A stretch of 64,000 nt of DNA from an uncultured Rikenellaceae bacterium (GCA_964526345.1 CAZGKI010000003.1:94625-158624); one strand, 5' to 3'; numbered from the stretch's first letter, positions 46,177 through 56,649 are shown. The notes: generated from the sequence alone by a model not told the origin. Numbers and translations: made by a program.

Positions 46177-47442
46177 TTACTGCTCATCTTTCTTAAGATT
46201 AACCAGTTCCAGTCTCGTGGCAGTAACTTTGAGCACTTTAAAGACAAAATTTTTGAACCTTATTACATCATTATTCCCGGGAATGCTCCCGTGAATATAA
46301 AGGATCATACCGGCAAGAGTCTCATAGTCGTCTTCTTCAGGAAGCCCCAGGTGGTATTTTTCATTCAGGTAGTCAATTTCAAGCCGGCCCGAAAAAATAT
46401 ATTCATTATTGCTGATGACTTTTTCAGTAAGCTCATTTACATCATGTTCATCTTCAATATCGCCAACTATCTCCTCGAGTATATCCTCAATTGTCACCAT
46501 GCCGGACGTCCCTCCGAACTCATCCACCACAAGTGCAACATTCTTTTTTTCTTCAACGAAAACCTTAAGGAGCTTATTGGCGGCCATCGTTTCAGGTACA
46601 ATTGCAAGCTTGCGAATACCTGAGGTGATGTCTGCAGGATTCTTGTAAATATCCTTCAGCTCAAAATATCCAATTATATTGTCAATTGAATTCTCATATA
46701 CAAGTATTCTTGAATGCTGAGTTTCAATAAACTTATCCTTAAGCTCTTGCAGTGAACTGCCTGATTCAATTGCTACTATCTCTGTCCTGGGAATCATGCA
46801 TTCTCTTAACTTGACATTTGAAAAATCAAGAGCATTCTGGAATATTTTGAAGTTATGATGATCTGGTTCATTCTCCTCGTTCCTCTGCTTGCTTAAATTC
46901 ACAAAATGATCAAGATCGACCTTGCTGAAAACAGCATTCTCATGTACAATACCAACGGGTTTACTTTTAAAAAATATCCTTATAAACAAGTTTGAGGCGG
47001 CAAGAGTGAATTTGCTTACCGGATAGAATATCCAAAAGAAAAAAAGAGTCGGTACACTGAAAGTTTTAAGAAAGAAATTCGAAGAAATGATAAATATTGT
47101 TTTCGGTAGAAACTCAGCTACGAAAAGAATAATTGCTGTTGATATTACCGTATTTATTATCAGGACCAGGATATCAGAACCTAACACAGGAGTAAGAACG
47201 GGTCCGAGAAGTCTGGTAAAAACCAGACCGTAAATTACCAGGGCTATATTATTTCCAATGAGCATTGTTGCAATAAACTGCCCAGGGTTTCTTGTGAATA
47301 TTTTAATGATTTCAGCCCCGAATACTCCCTGCTTCTTATCTAGTTCAATCCTTAACTTGTTCGAAGATACAAAAGCAATCTCCATGCCTGAGAAGAAAGC
47401 AGAAAACAGAATCGCAATGAGTATGACCAGGATCCCATTCAT
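46177..47442 (-). CDS. CNNM/CorC-family hemolysin-like membrane protein (DUF21 + CBS pair + CorC_HlyC; GldE-like)
   Basis: 421 aa. Four N-terminal TM helices are followed by a CBS pair and the C-terminal transporter-associated domain (ETLAGMILYIHGSIPGNNDVIRFKNFVFKVL). Confidence 0.8.
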   Translation of the reverse strand: MNGILVILIAILFSAFFSGMEIAFVSSNKLRIELDKKQGVFGAEIIKIFTRNPGQFIATMLIGNNIALVIYGLVFTRLLGPVLTPVLGSDILVLIINTVISTAIILFVAEFLPKTIFIISSNFFLKTFSVPTLFFFWIFYPVSKFTLAASNLFIRIFFKSKPVGIVHENAVFSKVDLDHFVNLSKQRNEENEPDHHNFKIFQNALDFSNVKLRECMIPRTEIVAIESGSSLQELKDKFIETQHSRILVYENSIDNIIGYFELKDIYKNPADITSGIRKLAIVPETMAANKLLKVFVEEKKNVALVVDEFGGTSGMVTIEDILEEIVGDIEDEHDVNELTEKVISNNEYIFSGRLEIDYLNEKYHLGLPEEDDYETLAGMILYIHGSIPGNNDVIRFKNFVFKVLKVTATRLELVNLKKDEQ

Positions 47443-47451
47443 ATCCCAAAG

Positions 47452-47634
47452 TTAGCTTTTTTTTCTCTCTCTGTGCCGCAGCCATGCAAAGAGAAATGAA
47501 ACAAGAGCCATAATAATAAAGATATATATCCTGGTTCCGCCCGTGATTATGGCATTTCTGATCCCCGCAGCAATACAAAGAATACCTGTGGAGATCCATA
47601 CTATTTCAAGAATAAGAAGATGTTTTTTACTCAT
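47452..47634 (-). CDS. Small 2-TM membrane protein
   Basis: The ATG at 47634 (MSKKHLLILEIVW...) overlaps the lptC stop (GATGAGTAA). Two hydrophobic helices are followed by a basic tail. The track lists a longer non-ATG form starting at 47661. Confidence 0.45.
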   Translation of the reverse strand: MSKKHLLILEIVWISTGILCIAAGIRNAIITGGTRIYIFIIMALVSFLFAWLRHRERKKS

Positions 47635-48202
47635 CGCGCAGATAAATTGGTCCCTGAACATTTTTGATCTTTCGTTTTGTAAGCCTGGAGTCAGACACCA
47701 GGCCTGTGCCCATAACTATCTGGTCCTCAGATGTAATTTTAACGAATCTATCTGTATAAATTATATCTTTTTCCTGATCCCAGAATAGATCCTCAGTCTC
47801 CAGCTTATCTTTTGTTTCACCAAAAACCACAACACTGTCTTTCAGTTCCCAGAGTTTATCTTTATTTGTATATTTTGCATATTTTGCCGACACGGAAGCG
47901 ATAGTATCTTTGTGTCCTTCAAAGAAGATAACTTTTATTCCGGATTTAAATTCAGAATATGGTGATTCTGAATTATCATAAGATTGCATAAGTGGAGCGA
48001 TAAGAATCAATTGTACTTTCCCTGAATCATCAAAGACGGATTGAAAATCTTTAACAGTAACCGTGGGTAGCGAGAGGATATCTGTTTTTTTAATGATATC
48101 AACTTTTCTCTCGCAGGCACAATAAAGGAAGAGAGTTGCTATGAATATGGGCAACAGAAATTGTGATTTGCGGGTTCTGACATTATTTTTCAAAGAGGAC
48201 AA
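47627..48202 (-). CDS. lptC: LPS export system protein LptC
   Basis: 191 aa. A single N-terminal anchor is followed by a beta-jellyroll-like repeat pattern typical of Bacteroidota LptC. It sits in coaX / OMP / lptC / hemolysin synteny. The start is TTG. Confidence 0.65.
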   Translation of the reverse strand: MSSLKNNVRTRKSQFLLPIFIATLFLYCACERKVDIIKKTDILSLPTVTVKDFQSVFDDSGKVQLILIAPLMQSYDNSESPYSEFKSGIKVIFFEGHKDTIASVSAKYAKYTNKDKLWELKDSVVVFGETKDKLETEDLFWDQEKDIIYTDRFVKITSEDQIVMGTGLVSDSRLTKRKIKNVQGPIYLRDE

Positions 48203-49486
48203 TCAATCATACTTTTGTTTCAGGAACCAGAAATCAAAGAGGTTGAGACTAGCCCCGAATGTAAAATAATTTTCGAAATGTGAAAAAGTATCACTGTTCA
48301 GCGATTTCCTGGTAAAGTCGATAAATATGTTAGTTTTGGATAATCTTTTCATCGGAATGCCGAATCCAAGGCTAAATCCATATTCCTTAACCTGTCTTCC
48401 TTCATATACAAGATAATTGTCTTCTATGTGTCCACCGATACGGTATTCAATTCTCTTAAAATAATTGTAATTGGAATATTTGTCGGGAATATATTCAGCG
48501 CCGAACAGAAGTGATCGTGTATCTCCTGCATAATCACCGGATCCGGGAAATTTAGCCTTTGACCAGTTTGTAATTACATAATCAATTCCGGCAGTGAATT
48601 TATTTTTTTTGCCAAATGAAATTCCGAAACGAAGAGAACCGGGGAGATAAGAAGTTGTTGAATCGTTATTTGAATAACTAAGAGTATCAATGGAACCGTA
48701 TGCATTAAAACTGTAAGAGAGGTTTTCAAATTTTGATTTGTAATTATGTCCCGAACTTAATGAAGTTCCTGCATTAAAGAAGAAGTTCTTTTTTAGTGAA
48801 GTCGAATATTGTAATCCATAATCAAAATTTATCCCGGTAAGCTGTAATCTCTGGGTCATATTATCATGATAAACATTATAATAATCTGTAAAATCAAACT
48901 CATTAACTCTTTTAACTGATCCAAAAAGCAGGTTCATGTTTATCCCTGCAGAGATTTTTTTTGTAAGATTTATACCTGAGCCAAGGAAGAACCTGGTAAG
49001 GTTACCATCGCCTACATGAAAAGCAGTATATTCACCTGTTACCGGATCATAATCAGGGTCGCTTTTCAGAACCTCTTTCGATATTTTATAGTACCCGTTG
49101 GTATAAGGAACTAAGCCTGTTGCAACACCCCAATTTTTTGTAATGGGAAAGCCCATCATCAGGTGGTCAAAGTTCATATCGTCAGAAGAATATTTTGATG
49201 TTCCGTCAGATAAAATATTTATACCGTAATTAATTCCGAAATCAAATATAAATGAGTTTGTATCGAGACTGCTGTACGATGCAGGATTGCAAAAACTGAG
49301 AGACATATTATCCCTCAGAGCAACTCCGGTACCGCCCATTCCCATGCTTCTGAATGAACCTTGTTGCGGTTCAAGAATACCAAGATTATATCTTGCAAAA
49401 GGCGAATTTACCTCTTTTTGACCCGATAAGGTTAAGGATATGGTTATAAGGATAAATAAAAATATTGCTGCCAGTTTATTTTGCAT
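48203..49486 (-). CDS. Putative outer-membrane beta-barrel protein, unknown function
   Basis: 427 aa with a signal peptide (AAIFLFILITISLTLSGQ), an alternating aromatic/glycine beta pattern, and an aromatic-rich C-terminus. Its start overlaps the coaX stop by 11 nt. Confidence 0.6.
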   Translation of the reverse strand: MQNKLAAIFLFILITISLTLSGQKEVNSPFARYNLGILEPQQGSFRSMGMGGTGVALRDNMSLSFCNPASYSSLDTNSFIFDFGINYGINILSDGTSKYSSDDMNFDHLMMGFPITKNWGVATGLVPYTNGYYKISKEVLKSDPDYDPVTGEYTAFHVGDGNLTRFFLGSGINLTKKISAGINMNLLFGSVKRVNEFDFTDYYNVYHDNMTQRLQLTGINFDYGLQYSTSLKKNFFFNAGTSLSSGHNYKSKFENLSYSFNAYGSIDTLSYSNNDSTTSYLPGSLRFGISFGKKNKFTAGIDYVITNWSKAKFPGSGDYAGDTRSLLFGAEYIPDKYSNYNYFKRIEYRIGGHIEDNYLVYEGRQVKEYGFSLGFGIPMKRLSKTNIFIDFTRKSLNSDTFSHFENYFTFGASLNLFDFWFLKQKYD

Positions 49487-50198
49487 TGTATTCCAGTATA
49501 AAATTTAAGCCATCAATCACAATATCAGGTAGATAAGTGATTTTGTGGCCGATTTTTCCCTTCAGATATTCGCTGTCTCCACCCGTAAGTATCACTTTAA
49601 CATCGACATGCTTTTTCTCAAACGTGCGAATATACTCATTTATTTCATAAGTTAATCCGTTGATGACTCCTGCTTTAATAGCATCTGTGGTATTCCTTCC
49701 GGGAGAAGAAAAATTTCCATCGAAATTAACCAGGGGCAGCTTGCCGGTAAATTTATGGAGGGCTCTGAACCTCATTTTTAAACCAGGAGATATATTACCT
49801 CCTTTGTAACTACCCGGGAAAAGGAAATCATATGTTATAGCACTTCCTGCATCAATAATAAGGACATGGTTGTCAGGGAAGAGGATACAGGCTCCTGCTG
49901 CTGCAGCAATTCTGTCAGTACCCAAAGATTCAGGAGTCTCATATTCAATCCTGAACGGCAGCAAAGTTTTGTATGAAAGAATATGAACAAAAGTGATATT
50001 GATGGAAAGCAAATCAATAATAAATTCAGGGATCACTTTTACAGACGATAATATTGCCTTCTTTATTTTAAAAGGGGCCATTTTCTTCTCAACCATTTCG
50101 CAGCTTAATTCCCTGGTATGGAAAGAGACAATTTTCTCCATGTCTTCATAAACTGCCATTTTGGTGCTTGTATTTCCTATGTCAAATATCAGGTTCAT
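49476..50198 (-). CDS. coaX: Type III pantothenate kinase
   Basis: 240 aa with MNLIFDIGNTSTK, GTDR and TGG motifs. Confidence 0.9.
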   Translation of the reverse strand: MNLIFDIGNTSTKMAVYEDMEKIVSFHTRELSCEMVEKKMAPFKIKKAILSSVKVIPEFIIDLLSINITFVHILSYKTLLPFRIEYETPESLGTDRIAAAAGACILFPDNHVLIIDAGSAITYDFLFPGSYKGGNISPGLKMRFRALHKFTGKLPLVNFDGNFSSPGRNTTDAIKAGVINGLTYEINEYIRTFEKKHVDVKVILTGGDSEYLKGKIGHKITYLPDIVIDGLNFILEYNAK

Positions 50199-50235
50199 AT
50201 ATAAATAAAATGCAAAGTTAGATAATTATTTTCAG

Positions 50236-50325
50236 CCACTAAGACTCTAATTCACAAAGTTTCACGAAGTCAGGCAGTTAATTGAATATTAACTTTGTGA
50301 TCCTTAGCGTCTTTGTGTCTTTGTG
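50236..50325. repeat. Variant heptamer element (CACAAAG/CTTTGTG)
   Basis: CACAAAG lies at 50253 and CACGAAG at 50263. On the other arm, CTTTGTG lies at 50293, CTTAGCG at 50303, and CTTTGTG at 50311 and 50319. The inverted-block layout matches the CACAGAG family. Confidence 0.7.
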
Positions 50326-50338
50326 GCATTTTTAAGAA

Positions 50339-53300
50339 TTAAATATCCACCATAATATTTTGTAATATCTGAATGGCTGATTTAACAGATTTAATTTCTG
50401 AGATAGAAAGACTCAGCTTTGCTTCCTTCTGTTTTACAGACATTTTACGCTGATGCCGGTTTACGTAGTTCATGATAGAAATAAAATCGGAGCTTTTATA
50501 AAACGGGGAATCAGGATCCGAAATGAAATTTGCTATCAGAAGATTATTTTTCAGTATTATCTTCTCGATACCCAGCTTTACTGCTATCCATTTAATTCGT
50601 ACAATATCAAGAAGCGCTGCTGCCGGTAGGGGTACCGGTCCGAACCTGTCGATGAGTCTCTTTTCAAAAGAGAGCAATGAATCTTCATTCCCGATCTCAT
50701 TAAGTTCTTTATAAAGCCGGATTCTTTCGGCAATATTTGAGATAAATTCATCGGGGAACATAATTTCCAGGTCGGTATCAATTTGAAAATCATTAACATA
50801 GACTCTTTCTTCCGTAATTTCAGATTTGTTAATATCCTTTTTAACTACTGCCTTTTGCTCCGCAAATTCTGTTTCTTTGAGCTCAGCCATAGCTTCATTA
50901 AGAATTCGCTGGTAAGTCTCAAAACCTACATCGGCAATAAAACCGCTTTGCTCACCTCCGAGAAGGTTACCCGAACCCCTTATATCGAGATCCTGCATCG
51001 CTATGTTAAAACCGCTGCCCAGTTCTGAAAATTCCTCAATTGCTTTAAGCCGGCGTCTGGCTTCATGTGTCAGGGTACTCAGCGGCGGAGCAAGAAGATA
51101 ACAAAAAGCTTTTTTATTTGATCGTCCTACTCTGCCACGTAGCTGATGCAGCTCTGAGAGACCAAAATGGTGAGCATCATTAATAAATATAGTATTGGCA
51201 TTGGGAATATCAAGACCCGATTCAATTATGGTCGTTGCAATCAATACGTCGTAATCGCCCTGAATGAAATCGAACATTACGTTTTCAATCTCCCCGCCAT
51301 CCATCTTACCATGAACAATTGCAGATTTTACATTAGGGCAGATACGATCGATAATAGCCTGTATTTCTTTTATATTTTCAACCCTGTTATGAATTATGAA
51401 CACCTGCCCGTTTCTTGAGACTTCATACTCGATTCCCTCTTTTATGATCTCTTCATTGAAGCCGTGCAGCTCGGTGACAATTGGCATCCTGTTCGGAGGG
51501 GGTGTATTGATAATGGAGAGATCGCGTGCTCCCATAAGTGAGAATTGTAAAGTACGAGGTATCGGAGTTGCTGTAAGGGTAAGTGTATCCACATTTGCTC
51601 TTAACTTCTTGAGTTTTTCCTTTACTGATACTCCGAATCGCTGCTCTTCGTCAATAATAAGCAGTCCGAGATCCTTGAATTTAACATCCTGTCCTGTAAG
51701 CTTATGCGTTCCAATGATAATATCAATCCTGCCTTCACCAAGATCTTTAATAATTCTCTTCTGTTCGCCCGGTTTTCTATGCCGGCTCAGGTAATCAATG
51801 TTACAGGGAAAGTCTTTCAGGCGGGAAGTGAAGGTTTTATAATGTTGAAACGCAAGGATTGTTGTTGGTACAAGAATTGCAGTCTGTTTGCTGTCGGAAG
51901 CCGATTTGAAAGCAGCTCTTATAGCCACTTCTGTTTTTCCGAATCCCACATCACCACATACCAGGCGATCCATCGGATGTGGCGCCTCCATATCTGCCTT
52001 GACAGCCATTGTTGCAGTAAGCTGATCAGGTGTATCCTCGTAAATAAATGATGCTTCGAGCTCTCGTTGAAGATATGAATCCGGAGTAAATGAGTATCCG
52101 CCTGAGGCCAGCCTTTTAGCATAAAGTTTTATCAGATCCTTCGCAATATCCTTTACCCTGCTTTTTGTGCTCTGTTTAAGCTTCTGCCAGGCGCCAGATC
52201 CCAGCTTATAGATCTTTGGCACGGTGTTGTCTTTGCCTTTATATTTGGAAATGCGATGCAGTGAATGAATACCAACATATAATATATCATTGTCCTTGTA
52301 AACCAGTTTCATCGCTTCCTGGATCTTTCCGTTAACCTCAATTTTTTCAAGGCCCCCGAATCTGCCAATACCGTGGTCGATATGAACAACATAATCGCCG
52401 GGGTTAAGTCCTGTTAATTCTTTAACAGATATGCTTTCCTTTCTAGTAAAATATCCCCTTATCCTGAACTTATGATACCTGTCAAAGATTTGATGATCGG
52501 TGAATACCGAAATCTTCAGATCATGGTCAGTAAATCCGTTGTGAAGATTCAACAGCAACGACCTGAATTCAATATCCGGATTTATCTCTGAAAAGATGTC
52601 CCTCAGTCTGTCAACCTGTGACTGGCTTTCAGAAACGATGATAGTCTTATAATCATTGACTTGGTTTGACAGCAGTTTTTCAGAGAGCAGTTCAAAATTC
52701 TTGTTAAATACAGGCTGAGGTTCGGTACGAAATTCAAACTGCCTTTCAGCCTGAGATGCCACTGTTTTACCGAATTCAACGATTCTGAACTTATTGCAAT
52801 GCTCCATAAACCGGTGGCCGGTCATTATCATATCTTTCTTGCGGATATCCTGACCCGATTCTTCTTTCTGGAGAATCTGGGCATATATATTATTGATTTT
52901 TTCTTTAATCAATTCTGCTTCTTCAATCCATATTATTGAAGATGGAGATAAAAAGTCAGTAAAAGAGTCACTTACCTCTTCTATCGATATATCCTGGATG
53001 TTCGGGATTACTGAAATTTGTTTTTGCATCGAAACCGAAAGCTGGTCGTCTGTATTAAAGGACCTGATTGAATCGACATCTTCTCCGAAAAAATCTATTC
53101 GGTAGGGAAGATCAGCTGAATAGGAAAAAAGATCAACAATACTCCCCCTGATAGCATACTGTCCTGGTTCATAAACAAAGTCGACCCGTTCGAAGTTATA
53201 TTCATGAAGGACTTCTTCGAGGAACTCAAGTGAGAGTCTGTCGCCTTTTGATATGCTTAATGTGTTCTTCTTCAGATTTCTACGGCTTATTACCTTCTCC

Positions 53301-53689
53301 ATGACCGATTCAGGATAGGTGACAATGATGCCTTTTTTCTTGCCTGAAGCCAGATGGTTAAGAACTTCCGTTCTAAGAACAATGTTGGCCGGCTCGGTTT
53401 GTTCGTACTGAACAGAACGTTTATATGTTGACGGAAAGAAGAATATGGAATCATCACCAGAAAGAGCAACAAGGTCGTTGTACAGATAGGCAGCATCTTC
53501 TTTTTCGGGTACAAACACAACATGATTGAGCTGTGTCCCGGAAAAAACCTTTGTAAGAACCAGCGAGACTGATGAGCCGGATAATCCTCTTAATTGAATC
53601 CTCTGGTCATCGGATCTGCTCACAGATTCGATTAATCCATTGAGTACGGGGTGATTATTATAAAGACCTGTTAGTTCGTTTTCTTTCAT
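50339..53689 (-). CDS. mfd: Transcription-repair coupling factor
   Basis: It has the CarD-like domain (PGDYVVHIDHGIGRF), the helicase motifs GDVGFGKTEVA and DEEQRFG, and the TRCF domain. The track start is TTG at 53758, which overlaps the kinase gene. The ATG at 53689 is preferred. Confidence 0.9.
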   Translation of the reverse strand: MKENELTGLYNNHPVLNGLIESVSRSDDQRIQLRGLSGSSVSLVLTKVFSGTQLNHVVFVPEKEDAAYLYNDLVALSGDDSIFFFPSTYKRSVQYEQTEPANIVLRTEVLNHLASGKKKGIIVTYPESVMEKVISRRNLKKNTLSISKGDRLSLEFLEEVLHEYNFERVDFVYEPGQYAIRGSIVDLFSYSADLPYRIDFFGEDVDSIRSFNTDDQLSVSMQKQISVIPNIQDISIEEVSDSFTDFLSPSSIIWIEEAELIKEKINNIYAQILQKEESGQDIRKKDMIMTGHRFMEHCNKFRIVEFGKTVASQAERQFEFRTEPQPVFNKNFELLSEKLLSNQVNDYKTIIVSESQSQVDRLRDIFSEINPDIEFRSLLLNLHNGFTDHDLKISVFTDHQIFDRYHKFRIRGYFTRKESISVKELTGLNPGDYVVHIDHGIGRFGGLEKIEVNGKIQEAMKLVYKDNDILYVGIHSLHRISKYKGKDNTVPKIYKLGSGAWQKLKQSTKSRVKDIAKDLIKLYAKRLASGGYSFTPDSYLQRELEASFIYEDTPDQLTATMAVKADMEAPHPMDRLVCGDVGFGKTEVAIRAAFKSASDSKQTAILVPTTILAFQHYKTFTSRLKDFPCNIDYLSRHRKPGEQKRIIKDLGEGRIDIIIGTHKLTGQDVKFKDLGLLIIDEEQRFGVSVKEKLKKLRANVDTLTLTATPIPRTLQFSLMGARDLSIINTPPPNRMPIVTELHGFNEEIIKEGIEYEVSRNGQVFIIHNRVENIKEIQAIIDRICPNVKSAIVHGKMDGGEIENVMFDFIQGDYDVLIATTIIESGLDIPNANTIFINDAHHFGLSELHQLRGRVGRSNKKAFCYLLAPPLSTLTHEARRRLKAIEEFSELGSGFNIAMQDLDIRGSGNLLGGEQSGFIADVGFETYQRILNEAMAELKETEFAEQKAVVKKDINKSEITEERVYVNDFQIDTDLEIMFPDEFISNIAERIRLYKELNEIGNEDSLLSFEKRLIDRFGPVPLPAAALLDIVRIKWIAVKLGIEKIILKNNLLIANFISDPDSPFYKSSDFISIMNYVNRHQRKMSVKQKEAKLSLSISEIKSVKSAIQILQNIMVDI

Positions 53690-53706
53690 CTGCCAGAATG
53701 TGGCAG

Positions 53707-53714
53707 CAAATTTA
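53707..53714 (-). promoter_or_regulatory. Candidate -7 box (TAAATTTG) for mfd
   Basis: Exact TAnnTTTG on the minus strand. It lies between the kinase stop (53737) and the mfd ATG (53689). Confidence 0.35.
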
Positions 53715-53736
53715 ATATCTATTTCCCGGAATTCCT

Positions 53737-55095
53737 TTAACCCTTGAAGCTCAAACAAAAGATTGTTTCGATGTTCGGTATTGACCTTACTTTAAGACTT
53801 CCTCCGTGAGCTCCTATTATCTGTTTTGAGATACTCAGTCCAATCCCGGTACCTTTTTCACGGGTTGTAAAGAAGGGCACAAATATTTGTTCAAGGTTTT
53901 CTTCACTTATTCCGGGACCATTATCAGATATGCAGATTTCAGGTTTATGGTCCTGATTTGTATCTGCGATTATATTTATTTTACCGTTAGGATTATTTTC
54001 ATTGGCCTCGATAGCATTCTTTATCAGGTTTATAAGCACCTGTGAGATCAGATTTTCATCACCAAATATTTCAAGATCAGGATCAGAAAGATGATAAGAT
54101 AACGTACAATTATTTAATTTCTCCATCGAATTATTTAATATCTCGATACGGGAAAGAAGATCGGATACCTTAAACAATTTCTTTTCAGGTTTTGGGATTC
54201 TGGTAAGTTTCCTGTAAGATTCGACGAATGCCATCAGTCCTTTTCCCTGTTCCTTTATCACATTCAATCCCTGCAATGTTGTTGATATTGTCTTATTTGT
54301 GATCTGTTCCGTTTCAACGGGTTTCCCTCCTGTACTGTATATGTTTGTCAGGCTTTCTGATAAAGAAGTTATAGGAGCGATGGAATTCATTATTTCGTGC
54401 ATTAAAACCCTGATGAGCCTCATCCACGACTCAAGTTCTTTTTCATCAAGTTCATTTTTGATATCCTGTACCGCGAGTATAATCAACTCGTTTTCCCCTG
54501 TCCTGAATGAAGCAGATTTAAGTGAAAGTTGTGTCTCTCCATTTTTTGTGGTCATAGATATCAGCTTCCTTTCATCAGGTTTGAGATTTTTTATTGATTC
54601 ATAGAGTTTTTCATCTATCCGGGAAAGTTGTTTCAGGTGCGTAAGAACCTCAGCTGACAGAAGCCTTTTCGCTGATGAATTGGCATGCAAGATGAATCCT
54701 TTATTGTTATAGGTAAGTATGCCCGTGGCGATATGTTCGAGTATTTTCCCGAAATATTGTTCCCGTTCCCTGTTTTCAATTTTTAATTGCTGTATCTGGC
54801 TGTTTACGCGATTCATACTTTTATATAATTCTTTCAGACTTTTATTCTTTGAATCAACAGGGAAGGAGAGGCTGGAATCGTCATTTTTGACTGAGTCGAA
54901 AAAATATCGTAAATTTTTATTTGTTGCATTCAGGTATGAAATCAGACCGAACGTCAAACCGGTGATTGCCAGGAAGCATATTATTGAAAGGCGTACCGAT
55001 TGTATCGCAACAACAAGATACGCCATTAGTAATGAGAGCAATACTATTAGCAGAACTCTTGTAATAATATTAAAATAGAAATTCCTGCTGCTCAT
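53737..55095 (-). CDS. Sensor histidine kinase with two closely spaced N-terminal TM helices (intramembrane-sensing type)
   Basis: 452 aa. TM1 ends ...AYLVVAI, the loop is QSVR, and TM2 is LSIICFLAITGLTFGLISYL. It has the H-box HEIMNSIAPI, the N-box NLIKNAIEA, the G1 box DNGPGI and the G2 box GTGIGL. Confidence 0.88.
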   Translation of the reverse strand: MSSRNFYFNIITRVLLIVLLSLLMAYLVVAIQSVRLSIICFLAITGLTFGLISYLNATNKNLRYFFDSVKNDDSSLSFPVDSKNKSLKELYKSMNRVNSQIQQLKIENREREQYFGKILEHIATGILTYNNKGFILHANSSAKRLLSAEVLTHLKQLSRIDEKLYESIKNLKPDERKLISMTTKNGETQLSLKSASFRTGENELIILAVQDIKNELDEKELESWMRLIRVLMHEIMNSIAPITSLSESLTNIYSTGGKPVETEQITNKTISTTLQGLNVIKEQGKGLMAFVESYRKLTRIPKPEKKLFKVSDLLSRIEILNNSMEKLNNCTLSYHLSDPDLEIFGDENLISQVLINLIKNAIEANENNPNGKINIIADTNQDHKPEICISDNGPGISEENLEQIFVPFFTTREKGTGIGLSISKQIIGAHGGSLKVRSIPNIETIFCLSFKG

Positions 55096-56462
55096 TTATT
55101 TTGTTTTTTCAGCCGATTGTAAAGGGTTTGCCTGGTTATTCCAAGTTGTTCGGCAGCAGCAGTGAAGTTACCATTATTTTTTTCAAGAGCTTCCTGCATC
55201 ATAAGCTTTTCCATTTCATCAAGTGTATTAAAAGGCCTGCTGCCTAGTACCGATCCGTGTTGCCGGAAAAATAAATCTTCAGGTTTTATAACGGATGATT
55301 CACTTAAAATAACTGCTTTTTCGATAGTATGCTGAAGCTCCCGGATATTTCCCGGCCAGGAATAGCTGAGCAGCTTCTCATGTGCAGAATTATTGATCTT
55401 CAGGTTTGGCTTATTGTATTTCCAGGTGTATTTTTTGAGGAAGAATTCAGCAAGGATTTCAATATCATTGTCACGTTCACGTAAAGGAGGGAGCTCTATG
55501 TGGATCGTATTGATACGGTATAGGAGATCTTCGCGAAAAAGACCTTCAGTTACCATATTATCAATATTTCTGTTTGTTGCACATATTAGTCTGATATCCA
55601 CAGGAACAGGCTGATTGGATCCTATTTTTGTTATCTGCCGGTTCTCAATTGCTGTGAGCAGCTTGGATTGCAGGTGAAGAGGCAGGTTGCCTATTTCGTC
55701 GAGAAAAAGTGTGCCTTTATCTGCAATTTCAAATTTCCCCTGGCGATTATCTCTGGCATCGGTGAAAGATCCCTTAATATGCCCGAACAGTTCGCTTTCA
55801 AAAAGTGTCTCACTTAATGCACCCATATCAACACTTACGAGTATCTCACCGGCCCTTAATGACAAGCGATGGATCTCTTGTGCAATGAGTTCCTTCCCCG
55901 TGCCATTCTCCCCTGTGATAAGTACATTAGCATCGGTTTTTGCCACTTTCCTGGCAAGATTAAGTACCTTCATAAGCTGAGGTGAAGTGCCGATAATGTG
56001 TTTCTGGTCACGGTTTATCTCTTTTTTTAGTCCTGTCTCTCTTTCCTTCAGTTGCCTGATTTCATTTTTTGACATATTAAGCTGAATTGCAAGCTGCAGG
56101 GTTGCAAGAAGCTTCTCATTATCCCATGGTTTTAATACAAAATCAGAAGCCCCTGCTTTAAGTGCTTTTACTGCCAGGTCAATATCGCCGTAAGCGGTGA
56201 TCATTACAACAGAAATCTCGGGATTAGCTTCTTTTATCCTGCCAAGCCAGTAAATTCCTTCATTCCCGGTATTTACCCCCGCGCGGAAATTCATATCCAG
56301 AACCACCAGGTTATAATCTTTTCTTTTCAGTTCGGAGAGTATACTGTTTGGAGATGAAAGAAGAGTCACCTCTTTAAATTCCCTGGCAAGTAAAATTTCC
56401 AGAGCGCTCAGGATGCTTTTATTATCATCTACAATAAGGACGTTTCCTTTATGAACTGCCAT
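55092..56462 (-). CDS. Sigma-54-dependent response regulator (REC + AAA+ bEBP + Fis-type HTH)
   Basis: 456 aa. It has REC (VLIVDDN...VLDMNF), Walker A GENGTGKE, the GAFTGA-like loop GSFTDA, and the C-terminal HTH AAAEQLGITRQTLYNRLKK. A 4-nt overlap links it to the kinase gene. Confidence 0.9.
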   Translation of the reverse strand: MAVHKGNVLIVDDNKSILSALEILLAREFKEVTLLSSPNSILSELKRKDYNLVVLDMNFRAGVNTGNEGIYWLGRIKEANPEISVVMITAYGDIDLAVKALKAGASDFVLKPWDNEKLLATLQLAIQLNMSKNEIRQLKERETGLKKEINRDQKHIIGTSPQLMKVLNLARKVAKTDANVLITGENGTGKELIAQEIHRLSLRAGEILVSVDMGALSETLFESELFGHIKGSFTDARDNRQGKFEIADKGTLFLDEIGNLPLHLQSKLLTAIENRQITKIGSNQPVPVDIRLICATNRNIDNMVTEGLFREDLLYRINTIHIELPPLRERDNDIEILAEFFLKKYTWKYNKPNLKINNSAHEKLLSYSWPGNIRELQHTIEKAVILSESSVIKPEDLFFRQHGSVLGSRPFNTLDEMEKLMMQEALEKNNGNFTAAAEQLGITRQTLYNRLKKQNK

Positions 56463-56512
56463 TTTCTCAAAGCTTTATTTAAATAATCTATTTTGGATAA
56501 CAACTTTTAAAC

Positions 56513-56611
56513 CACAGAGTTACACAGTGTTTGAACGGAGTTACACGGCTTATCATTAACATAGTAGTCTAACTCTGTGTACAACTCTGTGTAACTCAGT
56601 GTAACACCGTG
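56513..56611. repeat. Gene-less, partly degenerate inverted heptamer element
   Basis: The left arm has CACAGAG at 56513, CACAGTG at 56523, ACGGAG at 56535 and CACGG at 56544. The right arm has CTCTGTG at 56573 and 56585, CTCAGTG at 56595 and CACCGTG at 56605. Confidence 0.85.
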
Positions 56612-56649
56612 GTTAAGATAGACGAAATTAAAACCAAGAACAATAGAAT

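Noticed and set aside
46123-46623. 166-aa plus-strand ORF
   Set aside because: It starts inside the terminator hairpin and runs antisense to the CNNM/CBS hemolysin-like gene. It is low-complexity and Ile/Phe/Lys-rich.
53690-53758. TTG-initiated 23-codon extension of mfd overlapping the kinase gene by 22 nt
   Set aside because: An in-frame ATG at 53689 is preceded by an exact TAAATTTG box in the short spacer. The extension has no counterpart in the Mfd N-termini that I recall. It is not fully excluded.
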